Position numbers and translations under genes: made by a program
The notes under the pieces: generated by a model
What the model was told of the DNA's origin: nothing
The model's database searches: none
Seen by the model: the letters and a program-made list of their open reading frames with translations, nothing else
Part shown: positions 28,149 through 38,554 of the stretch, in pieces
How positions within the stretch are numbered: the first letter of the stretch is position 1
Layout of the letters: every line of letters begins with the position of its first letter
Assembly (NCBI GenBank): GCA_902775975.1
Contig: CACYOC010000014.1
Coordinates: forward strand, 14,105-78,104
Length of the DNA stretch: 64,000 bases
Reading direction: 5' to 3'
From: an uncultured Bacteroidales bacterium
GTDB lineage: Bacteria; Bacteroidota; Bacteroidia; Bacteroidales; Bacteroidaceae

Positions 28149-28734
28149 TGCTGTCATTGTTGCCAACGGCGAGTTCCCCACGCACACCGTTCCTCTTGCC
28201 GTCCTGCAGGAAGCCACTCATGTGGTGGCCTGCGATGGGGCCGTCAGAAACGTGCCGCAGGCAGAGGTGGTCGTGGGAGACGGCGATTCGATACCTGCAG
28301 CGTATCGGGAGCGCCTGATACAAGTCGATGAGCAGGAAGACAACGACCTGACCAAGGCAACGCGCTACTGCTTGGCACAAGGTTGGCACCGCATTGCCTA
28401 CCTTGGCGCTACCGGCAAGCGCGAAGACCATACGATAGGAAACATCTCGCTGCTGATGCGCTACTATAGGACGATGGGAGTTGATGGGGTGATGCTGACC
28501 AATCACGGCGTCTTTACGCCTGCCCAAGGACGGCAGACCTTTGAGAGTTTCGAGGGACAGCAGGTGAGCATCTTCAACTTCGGAAGCACAAAGATAGTCA
28601 GCGAAGGTTTGCGCTGGCAGTCGTACGGCTATGAGGAGTGGTGGCAGGGTACGCTGAACGAGGCGGTAGGCGACAGCTTTACGTTAGAGGCTGACGGCTA
28701 CTACTTGGTGTTCCGGACGTATGATGGGTGTTAG
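28135..28734 (+). CDS. thiN: Thiamine pyrophosphokinase
   Basis: ACDGA, GDGDS, QEDNDLTKA, GATGKREDHTIGN. Confidence 0.92.
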   Translation: MKKFDAVIVANGEFPTHTVPLAVLQEATHVVACDGAVRNVPQAEVVVGDGDSIPAAYRERLIQVDEQEDNDLTKATRYCLAQGWHRIAYLGATGKREDHTIGNISLLMRYYRTMGVDGVMLTNHGVFTPAQGRQTFESFEGQQVSIFNFGSTKIVSEGLRWQSYGYEEWWQGTLNEAVGDSFTLEADGYYLVFRTYDGC

Positions 28735-28776
28735 GTGTTGGGTGTTAGGTGTTGGGTGTTAGGTGTTAGGTGTTGG
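28726..28776. repeat. Heptamer tandem repeat (RGGTGTT)x7 at convergent gene junction
   Basis: gggtgttaggtgttgggtgttaggtgttgggtgttaggtgttaggtgttgg overlapping both stop codons. Confidence 0.9.
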
Positions 28777-30880
28777 TGGAATCCTTGGCGGCTTGTTTGG
28801 CGGCCTTGCGGGCTTCTTTCTCGGCACGCTTGCGAGCCTTCTCCTCTTCCTTCTGCGCCTTCTTGACAGCCTTCTCGGCATCCCTTTGGGCCTTTTCGGC
28901 ATCCTTCTGGGCTTTCTTCGCAGCTTTGTCGGCATCCTTCTGAGCTTTCTTCGCAGCCTTGTCGGCTTCCTTCTTCGCCTTGTCTTCGGCGGAGAGGCCG
29001 TGGAAACTGATGCCGGGCTTGATCTTGGTCTTCTTCATCTCGTTGGTATTGGTGAACGAGAAGGCGCAAGACAAGTCAACGCGCTTGCCCTTGACGGTGA
29101 CTTTACCCTCGGCAATGGCTCCGTTACTCTTGATTTCGCCAAACACATTGCGTACCTTTACCTTCTTGTAGCTGCCTTCTTTCACCTCGGCCTGAATGTC
29201 GCCGATGGGCAGTTTGCCGCCTAAGCGCTTACGCATCTTCAGGGTGCGGGGCTTCGAAATGTCGAAACGGAACTTGGCGGTGCTGGCTATCTTGCCCAGG
29301 CCGGGCATGTCCATCGCCTTGCCTAACTCCAAGGAGTCGGTGCTGGCAGTACCCGTCACGTATTTGTTAAGCTCGTCGAGGGCAAACTGGAAGCGCAGGG
29401 CACCGACGCTGGTGTTGAGCGTACCGAAGAACTGCTCGCGTTTCCACAGCACTTCGAAGTAGCCGCGATAGCTGATGCGTCCTAAGGCATCGACCTGCTT
29501 CATCATGAACTTCTTGACAGGGAACTCGTTGATGATGCGGATGGCTTCCTTGCCGGTGGTGGTCATCTTCTGGACGTCGAAGTGGACGTTGAGGTCATAC
29601 TTGTTCTTCAGACCCGTAATGTGGCCGGAGGCAAAGATGTCGAGCCTGTGTCCCTTGGTATAGACGCGGACGTTGCGGAAGTTCAGCAGGTCGTCGTTGC
29701 CGTTCATCTCCGTCTGGAAGTACAGGGGAATACTGAACTTGTACAAGACCTTGGAGAAAGGTTTTGAGATGTCCTTCAGCAGCGTGTTGCCGTTGATAGT
29801 CGTGGTCTGGAAGGATAACTTGCGCCCTAACTTCTTGCTGGGCAGCGTCATCTCTCCGTGGTCGAAGGTGAGCTGGGTGTTGGGCATCTTGATGCAGACA
29901 TCGTTCACGTGCAGCTTCTCCTTGTTGGCAGCGGCCTTGAGGGTGATGCTGGTAATGTTGAGGCCCGAACCTCGGTCCAGGACTTGCATGTCGGTAAGCG
30001 TTGCCATCAGCGTGTCCTTGCCGATGCTGTCTAAACGAAGCTGCAGCTGGGCGACGACGTCAAGATGGCCGGCATCGAAGGCGCCTCGCTTGGGTTTGCC
30101 TGTATTCAGGCGTGGCTTGTGGTTGTCGGTAAAGAAGCAGAGACTGTCAATGCTGATGAGGGAACCGCTGAACGACTGTTGCTTGCCGTCGGCCTTGGCC
30201 TCCAAGCGACCGATGCGCAGGCGACTATCAACAGGACCTTTCTTGGTGCGCTGCACGAAAGCGGTGGTGAGTTCCGTGATGATGGCCTTCTGTTCACCTC
30301 GGCTGTTCTTGCGGAAACGGAAGCTGCCCAGGTGGGCATGCGTCGTGTCGTTGTAGCTGACGCTGATACGTTCTAAGTTCAGCTTGGCGACATCTAATGT
30401 CAACTTGGCCTTCTTGGCGCTGTCAGCAGGCTGCGCCTGACGGTCGGCCTTGGGCTTCTTGCTCTTGAAGGCTTCTACGATAAACTGGAAGTTGGCAACG
30501 CTGTCGCTGTCGGAAGCCGGTTTGTGAATCTTCGCCTCCAGTCCCCGAACCTTTGCCTCGGTAATATGTAACTCGTGATGAAGAAGCCGCCAGAGGTCGA
30601 GCTCTACGCCCAGCTCCTCCATTTCCAGCATCTTGCGGTGCTGGCGGTCTTCTATCATCAAGTTGTGAATCTTGAGATCCTGTCCAAAGAGGCTGACGCC
30701 GACATGGCCAATCTCAATATGGGTGTTCAGGTAGTCCTTTAACAAGGTCGTCACCTGACGGGAAGCACGCTCCTGCACCCAGTCGGTATGGAAGAGTCCG
30801 ACGAGGGCTAATGACAAGACAATTAAGGTGAGCACGGTGCCACCCAGAATCTTTAGAGTTATTACGAGGGCTTTCTTCAT
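28766..30880 (-). CDS. AsmA/TamB-like membrane-anchored protein with Lys/Ala-rich C-terminal repeats
   Basis: N-terminal TM anchor, AsmA-like N-terminus (NFQFIVEAF), (ADKAAKKAQKD)n tail. Confidence 0.65.
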   Translation of the reverse strand: MKKALVITLKILGGTVLTLIVLSLALVGLFHTDWVQERASRQVTTLLKDYLNTHIEIGHVGVSLFGQDLKIHNLMIEDRQHRKMLEMEELGVELDLWRLLHHELHITEAKVRGLEAKIHKPASDSDSVANFQFIVEAFKSKKPKADRQAQPADSAKKAKLTLDVAKLNLERISVSYNDTTHAHLGSFRFRKNSRGEQKAIITELTTAFVQRTKKGPVDSRLRIGRLEAKADGKQQSFSGSLISIDSLCFFTDNHKPRLNTGKPKRGAFDAGHLDVVAQLQLRLDSIGKDTLMATLTDMQVLDRGSGLNITSITLKAAANKEKLHVNDVCIKMPNTQLTFDHGEMTLPSKKLGRKLSFQTTTINGNTLLKDISKPFSKVLYKFSIPLYFQTEMNGNDDLLNFRNVRVYTKGHRLDIFASGHITGLKNKYDLNVHFDVQKMTTTGKEAIRIINEFPVKKFMMKQVDALGRISYRGYFEVLWKREQFFGTLNTSVGALRFQFALDELNKYVTGTASTDSLELGKAMDMPGLGKIASTAKFRFDISKPRTLKMRKRLGGKLPIGDIQAEVKEGSYKKVKVRNVFGEIKSNGAIAEGKVTVKGKRVDLSCAFSFTNTNEMKKTKIKPGISFHGLSAEDKAKKEADKAAKKAQKDADKAAKKAQKDAEKAQRDAEKAVKKAQKEEEKARKRAEKEARKAAKQAAKDSTNT

Positions 30881-30926
30881 AGCGTTGTGAGAGGGCTGTC
30901 AGGGACGAGAATGAGGTGGGTAGCGT

Positions 30927-31931
30927 TTATCGGAGGATGCTGTTGATGCGCTCCTCTAACTGTTGAGTCGGCAGATCGCGGGCGATGATGCGTCCTACGC
31001 TGTCGATGAGCACGTTGCTGGTGATGTCGGCCATGCCGAAATGGTTCATCAGGGGAGAGTCCCACATGCGACCGTCGCAGACAATTTGCCAATTCAGCGA
31101 GTCGCGGTTGGCACGGCTGCGGCATTCGTTGACACGGCTATCCATGCAGATGCTGACCAGTCCGAGGCGTTTGCCGTATTTGACCTTCAGCAGTCGCAGG
31201 CGCTGCTGGGTGTTGATGCTGGTATAGTTCCAGCTCGCCCAGGCGCTGACGACGTTGACTTTCTGTCTCAAGGCTGCCTCCGTAACCTTCTTGCCTTTGA
31301 TGTCGGTGGCTGTGAACTTTGGCAGACGGCTGCCCACACTGGCATTCTTCAGGGTTGCCAGCTGCTTGTTGAGGCGTTGCAGCGTGATGTTGTCCGGATT
31401 GGCCGCCAGCATCAGCTTCGTCAGCTTGGAGGCCTGACGATAGTCGAGGTCGGGAGGCTGAAGGAAGTAACGCTGTAACAGGTAGATGCTGACTCGTGAG
31501 GCAGGATTCTCTTCGATGAAGTCGCTGACGGCTTTAGGGATGTCTGGCGGAGTGAGGTCGTTCAACTCTAAGCGCAGCGTGGTCAGATCCTCGTTGTCGG
31601 TGGTACCTTGGATGATCATTTCCTTCAGGTGGCTGGCATCGCCCTTGATGCTTACCGTAGCACCAGGGGAGGCAAAGACGGGCTGCTCGGAGTAGTTGGG
31701 AAAGACAATCATCAGCGTGGCGTCGTCGGAGAGTTCCAACTCGTAGGAGAAACGACTGTCGCGCACCTTGATGGTGTCGATGCCCACCATGCCACCATCG
31801 GGACTATAGACCCAGAATTCGCCTTGGTTCATGTTGCGCATACGACCCTCCAGACGGAAGGTGTCACCCTTGGAACCGCAGGAGGTCAGCAGCAGGAGTA
31901 GGGAGAGGAGAGACAGAATAGCACCTTTCAT
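30927..31931 (-). CDS. DUF4369/TlpA-like thioredoxin-fold lipoprotein
   Basis: Lipobox LTSC; VGSRLPKF..D..GK, WASW, LID..GRIIARDL; lacks CxxC. Confidence 0.75.
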   Translation of the reverse strand: MKGAILSLLSLLLLLTSCGSKGDTFRLEGRMRNMNQGEFWVYSPDGGMVGIDTIKVRDSRFSYELELSDDATLMIVFPNYSEQPVFASPGATVSIKGDASHLKEMIIQGTTDNEDLTTLRLELNDLTPPDIPKAVSDFIEENPASRVSIYLLQRYFLQPPDLDYRQASKLTKLMLAANPDNITLQRLNKQLATLKNASVGSRLPKFTATDIKGKKVTEAALRQKVNVVSAWASWNYTSINTQQRLRLLKVKYGKRLGLVSICMDSRVNECRSRANRDSLNWQIVCDGRMWDSPLMNHFGMADITSNVLIDSVGRIIARDLPTQQLEERINSILR

Positions 31932-33607
31932 CTCTTGAATTCCAAATCGTTGTCGGCATACTGCTTTAGCGACGGATCCTTCTGGACGGCAGAGCGTACG
32001 AACGAAGCAGCAGCATCGTGGTTACCCTGACGAGCATTGACGATAGCCAGCAGATAATCGGTCATGGCGTCAGCCTGTGGCACGTTTCTCAGCGTCTGCG
32101 CTGCCTGAGCATAGTCCTTGTTCAGAATCTGAGCCAGAGCGGCACTATTGGAACTGACGCCCTTGAAGTCCTGCTGAGCCAGGGCATAGTTACCCTGAGC
32201 CAAGTGCAGGTTGCCTAAGGTCTCGGCAAGACCGTTGGCCTGACCAGCCTGACCGATATGGGTCTCAGCGGTCTGGATGTCGCCCTGCAGCAAGGCTAAC
32301 AGTCCTAAGTTAGCTTGGGCCTCCTGCTGGCGACCATCCGTCTGGATGGCTTGCTGCAGGTACTGGCGGGTAACATCGTACTGACCTTTCTGGTAAGCTA
32401 AGACTGCCAGGTTGTTGTAGGCACGGGCATCCTTCGGATACAGACGGGTAGTGGTCTTCAGAATATCTTCTTGCTGAGCCTTGTCGTCAGCGATAGAGGC
32501 AGCATACAGTAGCTCCTCAACGCTGAGCTTGCTGGCGTCTTGCTTGTACTGGGCGGCAATCTGGTCGTCGTCGCGGCCGATGGTCTCGTAGTTGATAATC
32601 AGTCGGGCACGGCGAAGTTCGGGCAGAATGCCGTCAGCCAGCTCCTTGAAGGCATGGCTCATGTTCTTGATTTGTTGTTCACGCTCCTGAGGATCCTTAT
32701 ACATGGAGAGTACGCGGAGAATCACCTCCTTATCCTGAATGTTGGAGGCGGCTACCAGTTCCTGGAAACCTTCCCAGTCCTGGGCGGTGTAGCTGGCCTC
32801 AATCTCACCCTCCATCTTGGCTTGTTGCATCTGCTGCTTGACATAGCCTTCGGCATTCTGCTGACGCTTGTTGGCCAACTTCTCGTTCAGGTCAAAGCCA
32901 CCATCGGGAGAAGCGTAGGCAGAAACCTCGACATTGTTGAGGTTCAGACCCTCACGGTCGGCACTGATGCGCTTCAGAAGGCTGACAAACTCTTGCACGG
33001 AGTTGTTCTTCAGCTCGCTCTTGCGAAGCTCGGCCTGCTGGATGAGGAACTTGATGTTGGCCTGCTGCTTCTGTTCAACAACACGCTGGAAGGCGTCGGG
33101 AGCCACGGAAGGCTGGGCAGACGACAGGGTGCGGTGGTACAACTCGCTGGTGGAGATGACGCCCTCGGCAATTTTGACAGCAGGAACCTCGACCATCTTC
33201 TTGCCAATTTTGGCATCGAAGGTCAGATAGAGGTCGCTCTTCTGCATGGCAGCCTCGTAGGGGAAACTGCTCTTCATGGAGTAGCGACCGCCCAGACGAT
33301 AGTTGATGGTCTGGTCGTTGCCGATGACCTTCTCGCCCTGGAACGTGGTCGGCTGTCCCTTGGCAACGGCCTGCACGCCATTCTTGGTGTAACGCAACTC
33401 AGGAGTTACGGTGACAACCGCTTTCTTGTTCATATATTTCTCCGGGAACATGCCATTGATGGTGGCATCTACCTGACCGGATTCGGCTACCAACGGGTTA
33501 GGGTTCACCTTGAAGTAATCACTGGATAACTGGCCCAGTTTGCCTGAGCAAGACGTCAGCATAGCAACGGCTATGGCAGACATCATCAGAGTCTTTTTCA
33601 TTTTCAT
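31928..33607 (-). CDS. TPR-containing OmpA-like lipoprotein
   Basis: Lipobox LTSC, SAYASPDGG...N..LA..R OmpA-like motif, C-terminal TPRs. Confidence 0.8.
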   Translation of the reverse strand: MKMKKTLMMSAIAVAMLTSCSGKLGQLSSDYFKVNPNPLVAESGQVDATINGMFPEKYMNKKAVVTVTPELRYTKNGVQAVAKGQPTTFQGEKVIGNDQTINYRLGGRYSMKSSFPYEAAMQKSDLYLTFDAKIGKKMVEVPAVKIAEGVISTSELYHRTLSSAQPSVAPDAFQRVVEQKQQANIKFLIQQAELRKSELKNNSVQEFVSLLKRISADREGLNLNNVEVSAYASPDGGFDLNEKLANKRQQNAEGYVKQQMQQAKMEGEIEASYTAQDWEGFQELVAASNIQDKEVILRVLSMYKDPQEREQQIKNMSHAFKELADGILPELRRARLIINYETIGRDDDQIAAQYKQDASKLSVEELLYAASIADDKAQQEDILKTTTRLYPKDARAYNNLAVLAYQKGQYDVTRQYLQQAIQTDGRQQEAQANLGLLALLQGDIQTAETHIGQAGQANGLAETLGNLHLAQGNYALAQQDFKGVSSNSAALAQILNKDYAQAAQTLRNVPQADAMTDYLLAIVNARQGNHDAAASFVRSAVQKDPSLKQYADNDLEFKR

Positions 33608-33732
33608 GCGTACATTATATTTATTAAAACTATCTGCAAAGGTACGAATAATTACGGTGAACAGAAAATATATTATGAATTATTTTGGTTTTTAAAAGAA
33701 AATGTGTACCTTTGCACCCGCAATTCGCAATT

Positions 33733-33806
33733 GTCGGCATAGCTCAGCTGGTTAGAGTATCACCTTGACATGGTGGGGGTCCTTGGTTCGAATCCAAGTG
33801 TCGACA
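33733..33806 (+). tRNA. tRNA-Val(GAC)
   Basis: GTCGGCA/TGTCGAC acceptor stem, TAGCTCAGCTGG D-arm, anticodon loop TTGACAT, GGTTCGAATCC T-arm. Confidence 0.95.
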
Positions 33807-33807
33807 C

Positions 33808-33857
33808 AAAAAGAAACCCAAACGACTGCAGGTCAGTTCGCTTGGGTTTCTCTTTTT
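33808..33857. terminator. Bidirectional terminator between tRNA-Val and kduI
   Basis: AGAAACCCAA...TTGGGTTTCT stem with flanking A/T tracts. Confidence 0.7.
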
Positions 33858-33888
33858 CTGCTTAGAGGCTTATGCCGTCCCGTCAGTC

Positions 33889-34893
33889 TTACTTGATGTC
33901 AATAACGGGGATGTTGTCCTTGTCGTTATAGTAGAGGTTCTCACCGGCCATACCCCAGATGAAGGTATAATAGTAGGTGCCGGCAGCAGCATGCATAGAC
34001 CACTCAGGCGACATGATGGCCTGGTCGTTGTGCAGCCATACCACGCGACTCTCTTCGGGCTGTCCCATGATGTGGGCAATGGTCTGCTCCTGAGGCAGGT
34101 TGAAGTAATAATAAGCCTCGATGCGGCGTCCATGGGTGTGGGGAGGCATCGTGTTCCAGGCTGCACCGGGATTGAGCTGCGTCAAACCCAACTGCAACTG
34201 ACAGGGACCTTCCTCCAGTACGTCGTTGACAATAAGCTTATAGACGGTACGGTTGTTGCACTCCTCCAAAGAACCCACGGGTCCCCATACGGCAGCCTTC
34301 AGCGAACCCTTACGACCATCCAGCGTAATCCACTGGGTCTTGTAATGCTGGTGAGCAGTGGCGGAGTTCAGGTAGAACTTGGCAGGCTTGGAAGCATCCT
34401 TGGAGCGGAACTGAACAGACTTGTTCACATCCTTGCCCTTGCCGATGTGACCGCGACCGATATAGAGAGCCTCCTTGGGCGAGAGGGCATACTCCTTGCC
34501 GTCAACGATGACAACACCGTCGCCCAGACCGCAGTTGACGACGCCAAGCTCGCGGTTATACATGAAGTATTTCTCCTTAATGTCTTTATCTACGTCAAGC
34601 CCCAACTCAAAGAAGTTCTCCAGCGTCAGGGTGGTGTTGACGGGCATGGCTCCACCGAAGATGAAACGGTCGTAGTGTGAATAGGTGAGCAGAATAGAGT
34701 CTGGTGCCATTACCTTTTCCATTACAAAGCGCTCGCGAAGCAGCTTCGTGTCATAGTGTTTCACGTCTTCAGGATGACAGGCCGTCTGGAACTTCACATG
34801 CTGTGCGCCAACGAATCTGTCGGCCTCCTGAGCATAGACCGTAGAGAGTGAGAGGAGCATGGCTCCTGCAATTGTCAGAATGGTTTTCTTCAT
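33889..34893 (-). CDS. kduI: 4-deoxy-L-threo-5-hexosulose-uronate ketol-isomerase with N-terminal signal peptide
   Basis: [57 protein letters not shown]. Confidence 0.92.
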   Translation of the reverse strand: MKKTILTIAGAMLLSLSTVYAQEADRFVGAQHVKFQTACHPEDVKHYDTKLLRERFVMEKVMAPDSILLTYSHYDRFIFGGAMPVNTTLTLENFFELGLDVDKDIKEKYFMYNRELGVVNCGLGDGVVIVDGKEYALSPKEALYIGRGHIGKGKDVNKSVQFRSKDASKPAKFYLNSATAHQHYKTQWITLDGRKGSLKAAVWGPVGSLEECNNRTVYKLIVNDVLEEGPCQLQLGLTQLNPGAAWNTMPPHTHGRRIEAYYYFNLPQEQTIAHIMGQPEESRVVWLHNDQAIMSPEWSMHAAAGTYYYTFIWGMAGENLYYNDKDNIPVIDIK

Positions 34894-34902
34894 AATGTGA
34901 TA

Positions 34903-36267
34903 TTATTTGTTGTTTTCTTCCTTGGCAATACGAATGCGGTTCCATACCACCATAGCAATGGTGATGATGGTGAGGATGCCAGCACCGACATAGGCCAGGC
35001 TATCCACACACTTGTAGATAACCCATCCGAAGAGGGAGGAGGCAAAGTCAATGGCGCCGGCTTGGAATCCCTCGGGAATCTTGGCTGCGGGATCCTGTGT
35101 CTGGGCATATACCGTCTGGGCTGCTTGCGTAAAGGCTGGAGCCATATCGGTGACGAACCACAAACCGATACCTACAGTGATGATACCTATAATCAGGGTC
35201 TTCACCACGTTACCCTTTGTATAGGGCAGCACCATCACGAATACATAGAACATACCGGCGAGCGATGCCAAGGGTAGGAACTCGTTGCCCGGCAGGGCGA
35301 CGGCCATCAGCAAAGCCAACGGTATCAGAATCAGGGAGGCAACGAGAGTCGTGGGATGTCCGATGACCAGTGCCGGAGACATGCCGATATAAACCTTCTT
35401 GCCGGCCCACTTCTTCTGTACGACCTCCTGTGTCTTTTCAGCAATGGGCTTCAGACCGTCGATGAAGAGTTTCGTGATACGGGGTATCAATTCCATCACG
35501 GCACCCATGGTCACACCTAAGAAGAGGACTTTCTTGATGTCTAACTGTGCTACGGCACCAATCAAGGCACCTACGATGACACCTAATACGATAGGCTCAC
35601 CGAGTACACCGAACTTCTTCTTCAGACCTTCGGCGTCAATGTCGAGCTTCGAGAATCCTGGAATACGGTCTAGCAACCAGTTGATACCGATGGCAAAAGC
35701 CGTGAAGCTCTGGCAGAAAGGCTGGGGGATGGAGATGCCGTCCATATCCTCGTAGTAGCCCTGAAACTTATCAGCCGTCAGGTCGGCCATCACTAAGGTG
35801 ATGATATAGCAGACAATGGCAGCGAAGTAGCCCCATGCCAGACTCTGGTCCATGACGAAATAAGCCACGGCACCGATAAAGGCAAAGTGCCAGTAGTTCC
35901 AAAGGTCTATGTTAACGGTACGCGTACATCCTGTAATGAGTAATAGGAAATTGACTCCTAAGCAGATAGGGATAATCAGTGCGCCAACTGCCGTGTTATA
36001 GGCAACAGCTGCTGCTGCGGGCCATCCCATATCGAAGACACCTAACTGCAGATCATAGAGTCGTGAGATTTCACTCAGTGGAGAACCGAAATTGTTGGTC
36101 AGCAGAGCTGTCACAATGCCGAGTCCCACGAAACCGACTCCGACGTAGAGTCCTGACTTTAACGACTTGCCAAACTTCATGCCGATACACAGTCCGATGA
36201 TGGTAAACAGGATGGGCATCATCACACTGGCACCGAGGCTGATAATGTAACTAAAGACTTGTTCCAT
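34903..36267 (-). CDS. gatC: PTS galactitol-family IIC (GatC-like) permease, orphan
   Basis: LGASVMMP, DMGWPAAA, TVNIDLWNYWHFAF, KKKFGVLGEP, MELIPR motifs; many TM helices. Confidence 0.85.
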   Translation of the reverse strand: MEQVFSYIISLGASVMMPILFTIIGLCIGMKFGKSLKSGLYVGVGFVGLGIVTALLTNNFGSPLSEISRLYDLQLGVFDMGWPAAAAVAYNTAVGALIIPICLGVNFLLLITGCTRTVNIDLWNYWHFAFIGAVAYFVMDQSLAWGYFAAIVCYIITLVMADLTADKFQGYYEDMDGISIPQPFCQSFTAFAIGINWLLDRIPGFSKLDIDAEGLKKKFGVLGEPIVLGVIVGALIGAVAQLDIKKVLFLGVTMGAVMELIPRITKLFIDGLKPIAEKTQEVVQKKWAGKKVYIGMSPALVIGHPTTLVASLILIPLALLMAVALPGNEFLPLASLAGMFYVFVMVLPYTKGNVVKTLIIGIITVGIGLWFVTDMAPAFTQAAQTVYAQTQDPAAKIPEGFQAGAIDFASSLFGWVIYKCVDSLAYVGAGILTIITIAMVVWNRIRIAKEENNK

Positions 36268-36408
36268 TGTTTAAAATCTAAATATCGATATTCGTTGTTT
36301 TAGTATATTCGTGTGCAAAGTTAATAAAAAAAATAGAGGGAACAACACTTTTTACTGAATTTTTTGTACCTTTGCACCACAAAAAGAAAAACAAAGGTAT
36401 TATCAATT

Positions 36409-38475
36409 ATGACAGAGAAGAAGTTTAAGAGAACTACCGTGACGTCGGCATTGCCGTATGCTAATGGCGGCGTACACATAGGACACTTGGCAGGCGTTTA
36501 TGTTCCTGCCGATATTTATGTCCGCTATCTGCGCTTGAAGAAGGAGGATGTTATGTTCATCGGCGGCTCTGACGAGCATGGCGTGCCCATTACGGTGAGA
36601 GCCCGTAAGGAAGGTATTACTCCTCAGGACGTGGTGGATCGCTATCATGCAATGATTAAGAAGTCGTTCGAAGAGTTTGGAATCTCGTTCGACATCTACA
36701 GCCGTACCACCTCAAAGACGCATCATGAGTTCGCTGCCAACTGGTTTCGCAAATTGTACGATGAAGGCAAGCTGGTGGAGAAGACCACCGAGCAGCTATA
36801 CGATGAGGAGGCGAAGCAGTTCTTGGCAGACCGCTACGTTGTGGGTGAATGTCCTTATTGCCATAATGAGGGTGCCTACGGTGACCAATGCGAGAAGTGT
36901 GGGCGCGACCTGAGTCCTACAGAACTCATCCATCCGAAATCAACCATCAGTGGTTCGACACCTGTGATGAAAGAGACAAAGAACTGGTATCTGCCTTTGA
37001 ACGAATATCAGGACTGGCTGAAAGAATGGATTCTGCAAGGTCATAAGGAGTGGCGTTCTAACGTCTATGGACAGTGTAAGTCCTGGCTGGATATGGATTT
37101 GCAGCCTCGTGCCATGACCCGCGACCTGAACTGGGGTATCCCTGTACCTGTCGAGGGTGCAGAAGGTAAGGTGTTGTACGTGTGGTTTGATGCACCTATC
37201 GGCTATGTCTCTAATACCAAAGAGCTCTGTGAGAAGGAACCCGAAAAGTGGGGCAACTGGGAGAAATGGTGGCAGGACGAAGACACGCGCCTTGTTCATT
37301 TTATCGGCAAGGATAACATTGTTTTCCATTGCATCATCTTCCCTGTGATGATGAAGGCACACGGCAAGTATATCATGCCCGACAACGTGCCTGCCAACGA
37401 ATTTCTGAACTTGGAGAACGACAAGATTTCGACGTCGCGCAACTGGGCTGTATGGTTGCACGAATACTTGGAGGATATGCCCGGCAAGCAGGATGTATTA
37501 AGATATGTATTGACGGCTAATGCTCCTGAGACCAAGGATAATAACTTCACATGGAAGGATTTCCAAGACCGTAATAATAACGAACTCGTGGCGGTCTATG
37601 GCAACTTCGTAAATCGTGCGCTGCAATTGACGAAGAAATACAGGAACGGTGTGGTTCCTGCCTGTGGTGAACTGCTCGATGTCGATAAGGCTGCCTTGGC
37701 AGAGTTCAAGGATGTGAAGGAGAAGGTGGAAACACTGCTCGACCAGTTTAAGTTCCGCGATGCTCAGTTTGAGGCCATGAACCTGGCACGTATCGGTAAC
37801 CGCTATATTACTGAGTGTGAACCTTGGAAGGTCTGGAAGACGGATCCTAAGCGTTGTGAGACGATTCTGAATATCTGCCTGCAGTTGACGGCCAACTTGG
37901 CAATTGCCTTCGAGCCGTTCCTGCCGTTCTCAAGCAAGAAGTTGCGTGAGATGCTGAATATGAAGACCTTTGAGTGGGATCAGCTTGGTGCTACCGATTT
38001 GTTGCCTGCTGGTCACCAACTGGGTGAACCCGCCCTGCTCTTCGAGAAGATAGAGGATGACGTCATTCAGAAACAACTCGACAAGCTGGAGGCTACCAAG
38101 AAGGCCAATGCTGCTGCACAGTATAAGGCTGCTCCCATCAAGGATACGGTGTCTTTTGAAGACTTCGAGAAGTTGGATATTCGCGTAGGACTGGTGAAGG
38201 ACTGCCAAAAGGTGAAGAAGTCGAAGAAACTGTTGCAGTTTACTATTGATGACGGCTCTGGTACTGACCGTACGATTTGTTCGGGTATTGCGGCTTTCTA
38301 TGAGAACCCCGAGGAACTGATAGGCAAGCGCATCCTTTTCGTGGCAAACTTTGCTCCCCGTCAGATGATGGGTATCGAGAGTCAGGGAATGATACTCTCT
38401 GCCGTTGATGCCGACGAGAGTCTGAGCGTGGTTACTACTACCAAGGAAGTGAAGCCTGGTAGTCAGGTAGGCTAA
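36409..38475 (+). CDS. metG: Methionine--tRNA ligase
   Basis: [21 protein letters not shown]-terminal tRNA-binding domain. Confidence 0.97.
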   Translation: MTEKKFKRTTVTSALPYANGGVHIGHLAGVYVPADIYVRYLRLKKEDVMFIGGSDEHGVPITVRARKEGITPQDVVDRYHAMIKKSFEEFGISFDIYSRTTSKTHHEFAANWFRKLYDEGKLVEKTTEQLYDEEAKQFLADRYVVGECPYCHNEGAYGDQCEKCGRDLSPTELIHPKSTISGSTPVMKETKNWYLPLNEYQDWLKEWILQGHKEWRSNVYGQCKSWLDMDLQPRAMTRDLNWGIPVPVEGAEGKVLYVWFDAPIGYVSNTKELCEKEPEKWGNWEKWWQDEDTRLVHFIGKDNIVFHCIIFPVMMKAHGKYIMPDNVPANEFLNLENDKISTSRNWAVWLHEYLEDMPGKQDVLRYVLTANAPETKDNNFTWKDFQDRNNNELVAVYGNFVNRALQLTKKYRNGVVPACGELLDVDKAALAEFKDVKEKVETLLDQFKFRDAQFEAMNLARIGNRYITECEPWKVWKTDPKRCETILNICLQLTANLAIAFEPFLPFSSKKLREMLNMKTFEWDQLGATDLLPAGHQLGEPALLFEKIEDDVIQKQLDKLEATKKANAAAQYKAAPIKDTVSFEDFEKLDIRVGLVKDCQKVKKSKKLLQFTIDDGSGTDRTICSGIAAFYENPEELIGKRILFVANFAPRQMMGIESQGMILSAVDADESLSVVTTTKEVKPGSQVG

Positions 38476-38497
38476 TAACAAGCATAAGGATAAGAAT

Positions 38498-38530
38498 AAG
38501 CGGGTGTTTCTTTGTGAAGCACCCGCTTTT
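38498..38530 (+). terminator. Intrinsic terminator after metG
   Basis: AAGCGGGTG...CACCCGCTTTT. Confidence 0.75.
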
Positions 38531-38554
38531 CTATGTTGTGATGATATGAGCGTA

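Noticed and set aside
33733..36300. Integrated element at tRNA-Val (or tRNA-Leu)
   Set aside because: No integrase and no duplicated tRNA 3' end seen
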